64,000 bases of DNA from contig CM126204.1 in the NCBI GenBank assembly GCA_052327205.1, positions 302,312,001-302,376,000 of the forward strand, given 5' to 3'. This DNA comes from Somniosus microcephalus (Eukaryota). The translations under genes were made by a program, and so were the position numbers. The number at the start of each line of letters is the position of its first letter. Within the stretch, counting starts at the first letter, position 1. The notes beneath the pieces are model-generated. The model was given only the letters and a program-made list of their open reading frames with translations. It made no database searches and was not told the origin of the DNA. Shown here in pieces: positions 63,725 through 64,000 of the stretch.

Positions 63725-64000
63725 GGGGTGAAATTCAATAACGCTGGAAAAAGGGCACGGGCACCGCGGTGCGAGATATGTCCACGCCTGTTCAAAAAGC
63801 GTAGGCAGCATGTCAGTTTCATGCTGCCTGCTAATTACCATGATTACAGCGCACAGCCTAGCACGAAACGCAGTGCTGACCGGCTGTGCACTCAGCAGGG
63901 GGACGAAGTTCGCATCGCTGGAGTGAGGCTAGCTTTACTTAAAGTTAGCCTGCACCTCTTCAAGGCAGTCTGCAGCTCTTAATGCTGAGCTGCCTTCTGC
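63725..64000. mobile_element. Left part of a CpG-rich Harbinger-type element running off the window
   Basis: Starts ggggtgaaattc like the other TIRs here; abrupt switch to CpG-rich sequence. Confidence 0.6.

Noticed and set aside
63665-63982. 105-aa ORF starting MSDGL (reminiscent of the PAK3 N-terminus)
   Set aside because: Similarity stops after five residues, and the rest runs through a splice donor into a MITE.

Overview
Eukaryotic, AT-rich, almost entirely non-coding vertebrate DNA. The repeat repertoire (esterase-ORF1 CR1, L2, Deu/SacSINE1-like SINEs, Penelope ends, GGG-terminated Harbinger-type MITEs) suggests a cartilaginous fish, most likely a shark; this is inference. No intact host protein-coding gene is visible. 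The window looks like a long intron, possibly of a + strand gene, with one plausible 51-nt exon at 63630-63680 and several CNE-like patches. Every meaningful ORF belongs to a decayed transposon. The most striking observation is a minus-strand, ORF1-less EN-RT LINE (40554-43470). It begins with a tRNA-derived Pol III promoter head (A box, anticodon arm, B box), and a manual scan found no TTTT Pol III terminator on its 2.9-kb sense strand. A 400-bp SINE at 17974-18375 consists of the same head and body joined directly to this LINE's 3' tail. Together they suggest a candidate Pol III-transcribed autonomous retrotransposon plus its deletion-derived SINE, with an unusual AUG-xCC-UAG-CAA start context. 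The window also holds a CpG-rich non-autonomous Helitron with a promoter-like motif cluster, a Harbinger derivative retaining an intron-containing Myb/SANT gene, and several nested insertions.
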